Below are positions 18,951-28,768 of a stretch of 64,000 bases of DNA, piece by piece. Each line of letters begins with the position of its first letter. Position 1 is the first letter of the stretch. Both the position numbers and the translations under genes were made by a program. The stretch comes from Candidatus Kerfeldbacteria bacterium (GTDB lineage Bacteria; Patescibacteriota; Patescibacteriia; UBA9570; XYC2-FULL-38-9): assembly GCA_043813585.1 (NCBI GenBank), contig JBDRKW010000006.1:15444-79443 (forward strand). The letters are read 5' to 3'. The notes below the pieces were generated by a model. The model made no database searches, was not told where the DNA came from, and saw only the letters and a list, made by a program, of their open reading frames with translations.

Positions 18951-19382
18951 TTACACGCCTAATTCGCCTAACGCTTCGGCAATTTCGTTGCTGTCATCTT
19001 CTGTCTCGGTCTTGTACTTAGTCCACGCAGCATCATCCCAGATTTCCAAACGGTCATATAAGCCGGCCACAACGACCTTTTTCTTGATGCCTGCATAGTC
19101 GGTAAGGTATTTCGGCAACACAACGCGTCCCTGCCTGTCCGGCACCACGTCCATCGCGCCTGCCAGCATCAACCGTGCAAACGCACGAGACTTGCTCTGT
19201 GAAATCGGAAGTTTGGTCAGTTTTTCCGCTAACTTCTCCCATTCTTCCTTTGGGTAAAGGAATAAACAATGGTCCAGACCGCGCGTGACAACAGCGCCCT
19301 TTGAAAGGTCAGCACGAAACTTCACCGGCACTGCCACCCGGCTTTTATCATCGACGCTATGTTGATACTCACCAATAAACAT
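18951..19382 (-). CDS. mraZ: transcriptional regulator MraZ
   Basis: MFIGEYQHSVDDKSRVAVP plus duplicated SpoVT/AbrB-like halves. Confidence 0.9.
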   Translation of the reverse strand: MFIGEYQHSVDDKSRVAVPVKFRADLSKGAVVTRGLDHCLFLYPKEEWEKLAEKLTKLPISQSKSRAFARLMLAGAMDVVPDRQGRVVLPKYLTDYAGIKKKVVVAGLYDRLEIWDDAAWTKYKTETEDDSNEIAEALGELGV

Positions 19383-19467
19383 GCGGAATTCCCATTAGTT
19401 AGAAGGAGTTATCCACTTTAAGGGGATCTTTTCCCCACTTTTATCCACATACTTCCCCTTTCAACCC

Positions 19468-19496
19468 ATTATACACCACATTGTGTATTAACTCAA
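19468..19496 (-). promoter_or_regulatory. candidate sigma70 promoter for the mraZ/dcw operon (TTGAGT-17-TATAAT with TG extension)
   Basis: Read on the minus strand: TTGAGTtaatacacaatgtggtgTATAAT, located 85 nt upstream of the mraZ ATG. Confidence 0.45.
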
Positions 19497-19570
19497 CCAC
19501 TTCACAACCCTGTGTATAATAAAAGAACATGGCTACTGCGCCATGTTTCCCCTTCTAATGCAAACTGAGG

Positions 19571-21247
19571 CTATTTCTTGAGGTATTTCTTTAAAACCGG
19601 CAAAGAAATGTAAAAAGAGGTGCCTTTCCCAACTTCGGATTCAAACCATAACTGGCCGCGATGCCGGCCAATGACATTTTTCACGATATACAGCCCCAAG
19701 CCCGACCCGGCCGTCTCTTTTTCTTTTGCATTCTGACCGCGGAAGAACTTCGTAAAGATCTTCTGCTGATCCTCTTTGGGAATGCCGATGCCCTGGTCTT
19801 CGACCGTAATGAAAAATCGGTTATTCTTAACTGACGCTGTCACCGTAACAGTGGAATCGCGCGGCGAATACTTTACGGCGTTATCCACCAAATTCTGCAT
19901 TGCGGTACGTATTTTCTGCTTATCCGCGTCAACCGGCGGCAATTCATCATCCGTTTTGTTATAGACCACGGTCACGCCTTTATGCTCCGCATCAATCTGC
20001 GTCCCTTTGACGATTGTCTCCATCACCTCGTCAATATTGACTTCGGCAAACTCGTACGGGAAGCGGCCTTCCTCGATTTCGGAGATATCCAATAGGTTAT
20101 TCACAATCTCAATTATCTCGTTCGAACGGTCGAAGGCCTTGTCCAGGAGCGCTGCCTGTTTTTTTGTAATCCTGCCCGCGTCGCCTTCGCGCATCATCTT
20201 GAAAAACCATTTCAGGGCGGCAAGCGGCGTGCGCAGCTGGTGCGCTGCCACGGAAATGAAATCCGACTTGATCTCGTCAAGCTCTTTTTCGCGCGTGATG
20301 TCGCGCAGCACCTTGACCCAGCTCACGACTGAACCGTCTGCTGCATAAATCGGGATGGAATCAACCTGGATGATATTCTTGTTCTCCCCTTCTTCAATCT
20401 GCACTTCCTGTCCCAGCCGCTTGGATTCCGGCTGCTCGCGGATGACCTGGATCAGCCTGCTGAACGCTTTGGGAAAATCCTCGCGCCGCAGCTCCGGACC
20501 GAACACCTCGCCGTAAAAACGAAGAATGTCGCGCGCCGGCGGGTTCATGAGCAGCACACTCTTGTTGGCGTCCAGCATGATAATGCCGTCTTCAAGCGAA
20601 TTGAGGATGGATTGCACCTTATCACGCTCAATCACGATCTCCAGCTCGCGGTCATGAATAATGCGGTTCACAAACACGGAAAACATGGCTGTAAAGACCA
20701 GCATTAAATCCACGCTTATCGTATTGGCCAGAGTAATCGCCGCATTGCCGTGGAACCCGGGGTCATGGTAATAACGCGCAAAATGCGGAATGACGCCGTT
20801 GTACTCCAAAATAATCATCGCCGTGTACAGGAAAATCATAAACAGCGACAGCGAAATGATCTTCAGGTCAGAATAAAGAATCGTGGCAGAGAGCACCGGG
20901 AAGAAAAACAGCACTATCGCGACGCTTTCGATGCCGCCGGTAAAATAGATGATCAGGGTGAAAACCAACTGGTCGACAAACACCTGCAGGAAGCTTAAAA
21001 TCTCAAGGCGGCGCTCCGTCATCGTTCCAGACCATTTCAGCATGTACAGCGTGTACGCGGAATTTATAATCACCGGAATGACGATCATCGCCACCAGCAT
21101 CAGCAAAGAAAACGAAACAATGGTAACGCCTGCGATCTTGAGAATAACGCCAAGCAGCGCCAGGCCGAATATTAAAAACCAGCGGCCGATGATGATCCCC
21201 CACAGCGCGTGGATCCGTTTTGTTTTTCGTTCTTCCGGGGTTGGCAT
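19571..21247 (-). CDS. sensor histidine kinase (TM sensor, PAS, HisKA, HATPase_c)
   Basis: H-box HQLRTPLAALKWF. G-box and N-box in the C-terminus. About 6 N-terminal TM helices. Confidence 0.8.
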   Translation of the reverse strand: MPTPEERKTKRIHALWGIIIGRWFLIFGLALLGVILKIAGVTIVSFSLLMLVAMIVIPVIINSAYTLYMLKWSGTMTERRLEILSFLQVFVDQLVFTLIIYFTGGIESVAIVLFFFPVLSATILYSDLKIISLSLFMIFLYTAMIILEYNGVIPHFARYYHDPGFHGNAAITLANTISVDLMLVFTAMFSVFVNRIIHDRELEIVIERDKVQSILNSLEDGIIMLDANKSVLLMNPPARDILRFYGEVFGPELRREDFPKAFSRLIQVIREQPESKRLGQEVQIEEGENKNIIQVDSIPIYAADGSVVSWVKVLRDITREKELDEIKSDFISVAAHQLRTPLAALKWFFKMMREGDAGRITKKQAALLDKAFDRSNEIIEIVNNLLDISEIEEGRFPYEFAEVNIDEVMETIVKGTQIDAEHKGVTVVYNKTDDELPPVDADKQKIRTAMQNLVDNAVKYSPRDSTVTVTASVKNNRFFITVEDQGIGIPKEDQQKIFTKFFRGQNAKEKETAGSGLGLYIVKNVIGRHRGQLWFESEVGKGTSFYISLPVLKKYLKK

Positions 21248-21251
21248 GCGA

Positions 21252-21644
21252 TTAATTTATTGTCGGATCCTGCGCGTATTCCGGCGTGATTGCGGAAACA
21301 GAATTCTGCTGAAGTTCAGCATGGAGCTGCTGCACTGTCGGTGGTTCGGTAAAAGAGACAAGCGGAATGCCGGCACACCAGCTCATGGTGTTGGCAATAA
21401 CAGCGACCAGACGCGTTACCGTAAAACGTGGCGTTCCCTGGATGACTGCAATGCCCGCCAATGCTTCCGGGCGCAGATCTTCGTTCGCTAACGCATGATC
21501 AAGCGTTTGCAGCAGCAATTGCGTATCATTTGAATCAAACAGAACGGTTGCCAGCGGTTTTTCCTCCTGTCCCGATACAAGACGCAAATCCACATCATCG
21601 GAATCGGATGAGCTGTCCAGTATGAGAATCGGTTTGGTATCCAT
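21252..21644 (-). CDS. short TsaB/YeaZ-like protein (N-terminal domain of the inactive Kae1 paralog)
   Basis: ILILDSSSDSDDVDL...GIAVIQGTPRFTVTRLVAVIANTMSWCAGIPLVSF aligns with the TsaB N-terminal domain. Only 130 aa. Confidence 0.55.
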   Translation of the reverse strand: MDTKPILILDSSSDSDDVDLRLVSGQEEKPLATVLFDSNDTQLLLQTLDHALANEDLRPEALAGIAVIQGTPRFTVTRLVAVIANTMSWCAGIPLVSFTEPPTVQQLHAELQQNSVSAITPEYAQDPTIN

Positions 21645-21699
21645 TCGTTGTTAATTATAACTGGAAAACCGGTTTATTTCAACCGCTTTCTATGCTACA

Positions 21700-22290
21700 A
21701 TGAATCGCATGAAAGTCAACAAAATCAAATCAACAATCCCAAATGCGCTAAGTGTCATCCGTTTCTTGTGCGGATGCAGCGTGATCGTTTTATATTTTAT
21801 TCCGCACCCGATCCTTGCGGTGCAGATCCTTGTTCTTTCCGGCATTGTCAGCGACAAGCTCGACGGAACGCTCGCCCGCTTCTGGAAAACCGAATCAGAA
21901 CTGGGCAAGAAGCTGGAATCGGTTATTGACCCGTTTTTTGTCACTGCTTCGCTGCTGTACGTTCTCATTTTCCTGGATTTTCCAGTCCTGGTTGCGATTA
22001 TTGCGGGTATCATGGCAGCTATTCCAAATGTCGGCCGCCTGTACATCAAGTTGCGCACGGGAGAATTTTTTTACGAAAAATCACAGATCACGCGGTATGG
22101 CGTGGGCCTGGCATTTATTCTTGCGGTATTGTACCTGTTCAGCGTCCCGTACCGCGACTGGGTGGCATGGGGGCTGCTGTTGTACGGCGTTGTCGCCACG
22201 GTCAACTACCTGAAGATGATGGCCGCATACATGAAAAAAAAGAAATCAACGCCGGCGGCCGAACATATAAAAAAGGACAAAGAGGAATAA
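21700..22290 (+). CDS. CDP-alcohol phosphatidyltransferase family protein
   Basis: DG..AR...G...D...D signature (SDKLDGTLARFWKTESELGKKLESVIDPFF). Confidence 0.75.
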   Translation: MNRMKVNKIKSTIPNALSVIRFLCGCSVIVLYFIPHPILAVQILVLSGIVSDKLDGTLARFWKTESELGKKLESVIDPFFVTASLLYVLIFLDFPVLVAIIAGIMAAIPNVGRLYIKLRTGEFFYEKSQITRYGVGLAFILAVLYLFSVPYRDWVAWGLLLYGVVATVNYLKMMAAYMKKKKSTPAAEHIKKDKEE

Positions 22291-22770
22291 TATTGTCGCA
22301 ATCGACAGGAGGATTAACGTAACGATTTCAACCGTTCCCGTGAAATCGGCTATATCTTGCTGTCCAAAACTCGATTCCCCGATCGCGGCAAAGGTGTATA
22401 TGTCAGTGTCCGGGTTGCCGTTTTTATCCGTAAACGTCAGGTGCATCTCGTGCTCGCCCGCTTCGTCGACGCGGAACGTCAGGTTTATCTCGCCGTCTTC
22501 ATTTGAGGTGATGGTTTCAATATCAAGCTTGTCTGCGCTTGATGTTTTTATCAGTATTGAACCGGTAGCGCCCGCTACAGATTCTTTTGTAGCCAAATCG
22601 GTGACTGCGCAGCTGATCTCCTGCGGCATGCCGGCCACCGCTTCTTCCTCGCTAAAAGTACACGCAACAACATAGTCAGCAATCGTCTGCCGGCTGGTTT
22701 TTTCCTTTGCTGCTGTCGCCAACGGCAGCAGGATAAATAGGAATGCGGCAATTAGGACCGTTCTTCGCAT
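22246..22770 (-). CDS. hypothetical secreted protein with a C-terminal TM anchor
   Basis: Signal peptide MRRTVLIAAFLFILLPLATA and a C-terminal hydrophobic helix. Overlaps the convergent gene by 45 nt. Confidence 0.4.
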   Translation of the reverse strand: MRRTVLIAAFLFILLPLATAAKEKTSRQTIADYVVACTFSEEEAVAGMPQEISCAVTDLATKESVAGATGSILIKTSSADKLDIETITSNEDGEINLTFRVDEAGEHEMHLTFTDKNGNPDTDIYTFAAIGESSFGQQDIADFTGTVEIVTLILLSIATILFLFVLFYMFGRRR

Positions 22771-22779
22771 GCGCTTCGC

Positions 22780-24297
22780 TTACCGCAAGGATGTGAATAA
22801 TTTCAGGAGCGTACGCACGCCGAACCCGGAAGCGCCTTTTGGCGCGTACGGCAGCACCTGCTGCTCCACCCAGGCCGGGCCGGCAATATCAATATGCGCC
22901 CACGGCGTTTTTTCGACAAAATTCTTCAGGAATACCGCTCCCATAATCGTATCTGCCCACCGGACCGAACTGATATTGCGCAGGTCCGCAACGTCGCTCA
23001 TTGAAAACTGGGCATACTCTTCGACCAAAGGAAGTTCCCACGTCGGCTCCCCTGCCTCATCGCTTGCTGTCCGGACTGCTGCGACCAGCTTCCTGTCCAC
23101 CCCGACCACGGCCGCAACCTCCTGGCCCAGCGCGACAATGGCCGCGCCGGTCAGCGTTGCGATATCAATAAGGTAATCAGGTTTGATGGTGTCCTCTGCC
23201 CAACTCAGCGCGTCAGCGAGGATCAGCCGGCCTTCCGCGTCCGTATTGAGAATTTCGACGGTTTTACCGTTGTACGCTGTCACGACATCGCCCGGACGGG
23301 TCGCTTTGCCCGACGGCAGATTTTCTGTGGCGACAATAACCCCATGCACCTCAATATTCGGTTTGAGCGCCGCGAGCTGGCTGAATGCCCCGAGAACGGC
23401 TGCCCCGCCCGCCATATCCTGCTTCATCGCTTCCATGTACTGCGGCGGCTTGAGCGACAGGCCTCCGGAATCAAAGGTCACGCCTTTGCCGCACACCGCA
23501 ATCTTCTTAAGCTTCTTTTTTCCGCGCGGCTTGTACGTAAGGTGGATCAGGTACGGTTCTTCGTCCGAACCCGCTGCCACTGCAAGAAATGCGCCCATCT
23601 TGAGCTTCTTGATCTCCGCTTCATTATAAATCTTCACGCTCACGCCCGGCTGTTTGGCGATCTCCTCTGCTTTTGCAACCAGCGTTTTCGGTTTCATGTG
23701 CACTGCCGGCTCATTCACCAGGCCGCGCGCAATGATTGCGCCTTCCGCATACAGGGCGCCGGTTGTGATTCCTTTCGTAATGTTCCGGGCAGCTGCAGCA
23801 TCCTTTGCGAGCAATACAACCGACTCGAGTAGGGATTCAACATTTTTGCGCTCCTCTTTTCCTTTATATTTTGTGAACGAGTATGCAGCCAGCTCCAGTC
23901 CTTCCGTGCACGCTTGCGCGGCAACTGCCGGTTGCACCTTTGCGCTTGTCACGCCGTCAAACGAAACAGCAACAGTTTTCGCCCGCGAATTCTTTGCGGT
24001 CACAGCTGCAAGCCCTGCCATGCGGCGAATCGATTCTGCAGTGATTGTTTTCTTTTCACCAACACCAACAACCAATACCTTCCTCGCAGGGATGCGGCCA
24101 TGGGTATGAATCAATACTGTTTTACCGGGCTTCGCTTCGAATTCTTCTTCAGTAATAACATTGCCGACAACACCGTCCAAAGCTTGATCAATGGCTTTCA
24201 ATGTTGCTGAAAACGTTTTTGCCCCTTCTAATGCCGGCACGACAAGCAGGTCGCATTCCACCGTTTCCGGCGCCTGTTTTTTTGCGATGATATTCAT
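22780..24297 (-). CDS. pepA: leucyl aminopeptidase (M17)
   Basis: NTDAEGRLILADAL active-site motif. Confidence 0.85.
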   Translation of the reverse strand: MNIIAKKQAPETVECDLLVVPALEGAKTFSATLKAIDQALDGVVGNVITEEEFEAKPGKTVLIHTHGRIPARKVLVVGVGEKKTITAESIRRMAGLAAVTAKNSRAKTVAVSFDGVTSAKVQPAVAAQACTEGLELAAYSFTKYKGKEERKNVESLLESVVLLAKDAAAARNITKGITTGALYAEGAIIARGLVNEPAVHMKPKTLVAKAEEIAKQPGVSVKIYNEAEIKKLKMGAFLAVAAGSDEEPYLIHLTYKPRGKKKLKKIAVCGKGVTFDSGGLSLKPPQYMEAMKQDMAGGAAVLGAFSQLAALKPNIEVHGVIVATENLPSGKATRPGDVVTAYNGKTVEILNTDAEGRLILADALSWAEDTIKPDYLIDIATLTGAAIVALGQEVAAVVGVDRKLVAAVRTASDEAGEPTWELPLVEEYAQFSMSDVADLRNISSVRWADTIMGAVFLKNFVEKTPWAHIDIAGPAWVEQQVLPYAPKGASGFGVRTLLKLFTSLR

Positions 24298-24366
24298 GGT
24301 TTTCGGTTATTATTCAACTTCCATACCATACCATGGACGCTATTTTTGGCAACTAAAAAGCCCCGC

Positions 24367-24395
24367 AATTGCGAGGCGATGTTCTATGCGACTCA
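24367..24395 (-). terminator. rho-independent terminator after the Ser/Thr kinase gene
   Basis: Minus-strand RNA GCCUCGCAAUUGCGGGGC + U5. Confidence 0.5.
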
Positions 24396-24410
24396 TTTCT
24401 AATGGCCGGG

Positions 24411-26498
24411 CTATTGAGCACCGGCCCGTTCCGCCTCCTCGCTCCGGGCCTGAGAATAGTGTTCCTCCGCCTTTGCGCGCCGCTTCGCAATATACTCAAT
24501 GACTGCATACCGATTATCGATCATTCGTTGAGACGTCACATGTTCCCGCATTACCGGATCGTCAATTTTTCCCAGGGCATCTTTTATACGGGCTATCGTA
24601 TACCATCGCATATCATTTTTCGGCGGTTCAGGGTTCTTGGCCCCGCCTTCAACATAGTATCTCAATAACCGAACTAATGATCCCTTCTCATTCTCTTCAA
24701 TGACCGAAGTTGCGATATGGCCCAGGACCTCCATGCGGTCGCGGTCCTCATCTGATAGTTCACTTGCCTTCCGGACCAGCTGCTCGTACATGTCGTACAT
24801 CATCATGCCAACCGCATAGTAATCGCGCTGTTCAGCAAAATATTGCATCCACTTGGCTGACTCGGCCGGATTGGCCTCCAAACTGGTCGCCAACCGCTTC
24901 ATAAGAGATGCCGTATCTCCAGAAGTTTCAAAATTCGGGACATAATTTGGAGAGCCCTGGTAGATGCCTTCAATAGGAAGGGCGAATGTCACCGGTTCGC
25001 TTGATGGCTGCTTGCCTTCAGGCCGTTTCACCTTCGGCTCCCGAACGCCGCCGGCTACCCGCAATGTTTTATCTCCTCTCAAGAGAGCACTGCTATCAAG
25101 GCGGCTTTTTTGTTTTTCAATAAGCCGTGGAATAATCGCCGTGCCAAAATCTATGACTTTCAGCTTCCCGTCTTCCTCCCTGACAATCATGTTAGCGGGC
25201 TTTAGATCACGATGGTACACGCCGCGCTCATGCATGTATTGAACGGCGGAAACCAGCTGGCCGCTCAAATCAAATGCTTTTTCTATTGTCGGTTCTTTTT
25301 TGAAGGCCTTTATTAAATCCTTCCCTTCTACCAACTCCATCGTTAATGCAAGAGACCGCTCATCGCCTTCGGTGTAATATATTGCATCCCGCAGCTCCGC
25401 GACGGGCGGTTCTTCAAACGCTTTACCGCGCTTTTCTGCTTCGCGTTTGGGTTTTCGCGTAAGAATATTCATCGCGGCAAGCTCCAAATCCTGGCTGCGG
25501 GAATAGACCGCCTCAACGCTTCCACGGTCAAGGCTTTCTGAACGCTTTGACGGTTTTGTAATTTTCATGAGCTCACGGCCGTGTTTTTCGCTGTTCACAA
25601 TTGATGCAATCCCATATCCGCCAAAACCAAACACATCATCAACCGTGTATTCGGCTCTTTTTGTGGAAAAGACATATTCCTCCACATCTGTCAGGGCTTC
25701 GGTATCGCTATTGTCGAACAGCCGCTTAATAATTTCAAATTCCTTTCCGCGGATAATATCTTCCCTCTCCTCGCCCATATCCAACTCGCCTTCCTCCGCT
25801 TCCTCGCCTTCCTCCAAATCGAGCTCCATTTCGTCTACATCCGCTTCTGCTTCATCCCGGACAGCCTCGTCATACCCGACAATAGCGTCAAGTTCTCCGT
25901 CCAATTTGCGCACCGCTTCCTCCGCAGGGCCTTCGACAGGCAATTCCTCAAGCGAGCGGCTCCATTTGAGCCGCACTTCCGCCAGGTCTTTCCCCCGTGC
26001 TAATCCGGTACGTTCAACAGCAGTATTGAGCAGCTCATTTAATTTTGGAACCAGTTGATCCTGAAGATACGCTTCATCTGCGCTCTCAACTTCGGTCCTG
26101 TACCCAGGAATCAATTCAGCCATCTCGCTCAATGTCCGCAGCTCTGTTTCCCGTCCACGCACGGTATCCGCCAAACGCGCAAAAGACTCTTTCATGCGCT
26201 GAAGCACGCCGCGGTCTTCCAGCCCATGGGTGACAATGTCCTCTTTTCGAAATCTTACCAGCGCTTGCAGCGAATCTAGCAAACGGTGTGCTCGCTCCCG
26301 CGTTTCAGCAGCTGCCTTTTCCGGCTGTTCAACGCGCGTCTCGTCTCCCTGATTTTCATCAAGGGCGCCTTTAAGAACAGCTAACTCAGCATCTGGTATC
26401 TGCTGAGGCCGAAGCTGTGCCGTCGGCTCCGGCACATTTGTCGGTACTACCCTTTTGGGTCCTTGTCCTTCCATTCGTGGCATAGTGTTATTGTTCAA
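24411..26498 (-). CDS. Ser/Thr protein kinase with a long acidic/coiled-coil N-terminal region
   Basis: Kinase catalytic loop HRDLKPANMIV, DFG-like VIDFGTA. No TM segment. Confidence 0.75.
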   Translation of the reverse strand: MNNNTMPRMEGQGPKRVVPTNVPEPTAQLRPQQIPDAELAVLKGALDENQGDETRVEQPEKAAAETRERAHRLLDSLQALVRFRKEDIVTHGLEDRGVLQRMKESFARLADTVRGRETELRTLSEMAELIPGYRTEVESADEAYLQDQLVPKLNELLNTAVERTGLARGKDLAEVRLKWSRSLEELPVEGPAEEAVRKLDGELDAIVGYDEAVRDEAEADVDEMELDLEEGEEAEEGELDMGEEREDIIRGKEFEIIKRLFDNSDTEALTDVEEYVFSTKRAEYTVDDVFGFGGYGIASIVNSEKHGRELMKITKPSKRSESLDRGSVEAVYSRSQDLELAAMNILTRKPKREAEKRGKAFEEPPVAELRDAIYYTEGDERSLALTMELVEGKDLIKAFKKEPTIEKAFDLSGQLVSAVQYMHERGVYHRDLKPANMIVREEDGKLKVIDFGTAIIPRLIEKQKSRLDSSALLRGDKTLRVAGGVREPKVKRPEGKQPSSEPVTFALPIEGIYQGSPNYVPNFETSGDTASLMKRLATSLEANPAESAKWMQYFAEQRDYYAVGMMMYDMYEQLVRKASELSDEDRDRMEVLGHIATSVIEENEKGSLVRLLRYYVEGGAKNPEPPKNDMRWYTIARIKDALGKIDDPVMREHVTSQRMIDNRYAVIEYIAKRRAKAEEHYSQARSEEAERAGAQ

Positions 26499-26615
26499 AT
26501 CAAATTATACTCGAAAAAATGCGTTTTGTCAACGTGACGCCCGTTCGCCTCCTTGTTTTTTTCGCCAATTTATGGCATTTATATAGTACATTCATAACGA
26601 TTTATCTTCCATTTA

Positions 26616-27344
26616 ATGGATACACAACTCGAAATCAAGAACCTGCACGTTTCTACGGACGGGCAGGAGATTTTACATGGCGTTAACCTCACCATTCCCA
26701 AAGGCGAGGTGCATGCCATCATGGGCCCGAACGGCTCGGGCAAATCCACGCTTGCCATGACATTGATGGGCCACCCGAAATACGAAGTTACAGACGGGAA
26801 AATCATATTCAAGAAGAAAAATATCACGTCGCTCCCGCCCGACAAACGTTCCAAACTGGGTTTGTTCGTCGCGTTCCAGTCGCCGCAGTCCGTTCCCGGC
26901 GTGAAAATCGCTTCGTTCCTGCGGCAGACATCCGGTGACGGCAAAAAAATGAGCGAATTCAAAAAAGAGATGGAAGCAGCCATGAAAACGCTGAACATGC
27001 GGCCGGAGTTTGCCGACCGCTACCTGAACGAAGGGTTTTCCGGAGGAGAAAAAAAGAAATCCGAGATCCTGCAGATGGCCATGCTCAACCCGGACATTGC
27101 GATTCTTGATGAAATTGATTCCGGGCTTGATGTTGATGCGTTGAAGGTTGTCTGCGAAGGCGTCAATACACTGAAGAAAAAAAACGGCATGGGCGTGCTG
27201 GTGATCACGCATTATCCGCGCATCCTGAAGTACCTGAAGCCTGACCATGTCCATATTTTGCTCGACGGCAACATCGCCACCTCCGGAGACCACGCGCTTG
27301 CCGATGAAATCGAAGACAAAGGATACGACTGGATAACCGCATAG
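26616..27344 (+). CDS. sufC: Fe-S cluster assembly ATPase SufC
   Basis: Walker A GPNGSGKST. Close similarity to the SufC N-terminus. Operon position. Confidence 0.9.
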   Translation: MDTQLEIKNLHVSTDGQEILHGVNLTIPKGEVHAIMGPNGSGKSTLAMTLMGHPKYEVTDGKIIFKKKNITSLPPDKRSKLGLFVAFQSPQSVPGVKIASFLRQTSGDGKKMSEFKKEMEAAMKTLNMRPEFADRYLNEGFSGGEKKKSEILQMAMLNPDIAILDEIDSGLDVDALKVVCEGVNTLKKKNGMGVLVITHYPRILKYLKPDHVHILLDGNIATSGDHALADEIEDKGYDWITA

Positions 27345-27347
27345 TGC

Positions 27348-28766
27348 ATGGCAGATAGTAACGGCCATATTTTCGAGGACCTGGACCGCGACGCGTTTGA
27401 GCATCGCGATAATGCCGACTATGCAAAAAAAGCGCAGCGCGGTTTAACCGAGGAGCTGGTGCGAACCATTTCCGCTGAAAAAAAAGAACCCAAGTGGATG
27501 CTGGACATCCGGCTTGAAGGCCTACGGCTGTTCAACGAAAAACCGCTGCCCGACTGGGGGCCGGACCTGTCCGCATTGAATTTTGATGAAATTATTTATT
27601 ACGCTACTCCGGATGAAATCGTTGAGAACAATGAATCATGGGACGACGTTCCAGGCGAAATAAAAGCGACGTTCGACAAGCTCGGCATTCCGGAAGCGGA
27701 AAAAAAGATGCTTGCCGGCGTCGGCGCGCAGTACGAGTCTGAAACCGTCTACCACCGGCTGAAGGAACAATGGGAAAAGAAGGGCGTCATTTTTGAAGAT
27801 ATGGATGATGCCGTGCAGAGCTATCCCAAGATCGTGCAGAAGCACTTTATGAACCGCTGCGTCCCCCCAAGCGACCACAAATTCGCGGCCCTGCATGCGG
27901 CCGTCTGGTCGGGCGGAAGCTTTTTGTATATTCCAAAGGGTGTGAAGATGGACCAGCCGCTCCAGGCCTACTTCCGCATGAACGCAAAAAACATGGGGCA
28001 GTTCGAACATACGATGATCATTATTGAAGACGGGGCGGAAGCCCATTACATCGAAGGCTGCTCCGCGCCAAAATACGGCGCCAACTCGCTGCACGCCGGC
28101 TGCGTGGAAATTTTCGTGAACAAAAATGCGCGGTTCCGCTACTCGTCCGTGGAAAATTGGAGCACCGATACGTATAACCTAAACACCAAGCGTGCAATCG
28201 TTGAAGAGAATGCGCATATTGAATGGGTAGGCGGCAACCTGGGCAGCGGCGTCACCATGCTCTACCCCGCTTCGGTATTGATCGGACGCGGTGCGCACGC
28301 CGACCACCTGGGTATTGCATTTGCCGGCAGCGGCCAGGTCCAGGATACCGGCGCAAAGGTTTACCACAGCGCGCCAAATACGGTTTCGAATATCGTCATG
28401 AAAAGTTTATCCAAGGATGGCGGCTCTTCTGTCTACCGCGGCCTGCTCCAGATTGCGCCGAACGCCGCGAACGCCGTCGCAAACGTCCGGTGCGATGCGT
28501 TAATCCTCGACGACCACTCGCATTCCGACACCATTCCCGTCATGAACGTGAATACCAACTCCGCGTCAGTCACGCACGAAGCTTCAGCCGGGAAAATATC
28601 CGATGACGATATCTTTTACCTGCAAAGCCGCGGACTTTCTGAACAGGATGCCGTTTCCATGATTGTGAACGGCTTTATCGAACCGGTCATTAAAGAACTG
28701 CCGCTCGAATACGCGGTGGAAATGAACCGGCTTATTGAACTGGAAATGGAAGGAGCAGTGGGATAA
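27348..28766 (+). CDS. sufB: Fe-S cluster assembly protein SufB
   Basis: 472 aa with the FYLQSRGL...MIVNGF C-terminal motif. Confidence 0.9.
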   Translation: MADSNGHIFEDLDRDAFEHRDNADYAKKAQRGLTEELVRTISAEKKEPKWMLDIRLEGLRLFNEKPLPDWGPDLSALNFDEIIYYATPDEIVENNESWDDVPGEIKATFDKLGIPEAEKKMLAGVGAQYESETVYHRLKEQWEKKGVIFEDMDDAVQSYPKIVQKHFMNRCVPPSDHKFAALHAAVWSGGSFLYIPKGVKMDQPLQAYFRMNAKNMGQFEHTMIIIEDGAEAHYIEGCSAPKYGANSLHAGCVEIFVNKNARFRYSSVENWSTDTYNLNTKRAIVEENAHIEWVGGNLGSGVTMLYPASVLIGRGAHADHLGIAFAGSGQVQDTGAKVYHSAPNTVSNIVMKSLSKDGGSSVYRGLLQIAPNAANAVANVRCDALILDDHSHSDTIPVMNVNTNSASVTHEASAGKISDDDIFYLQSRGLSEQDAVSMIVNGFIEPVIKELPLEYAVEMNRLIELEMEGAVG

Positions 28767-28768
28767 CT

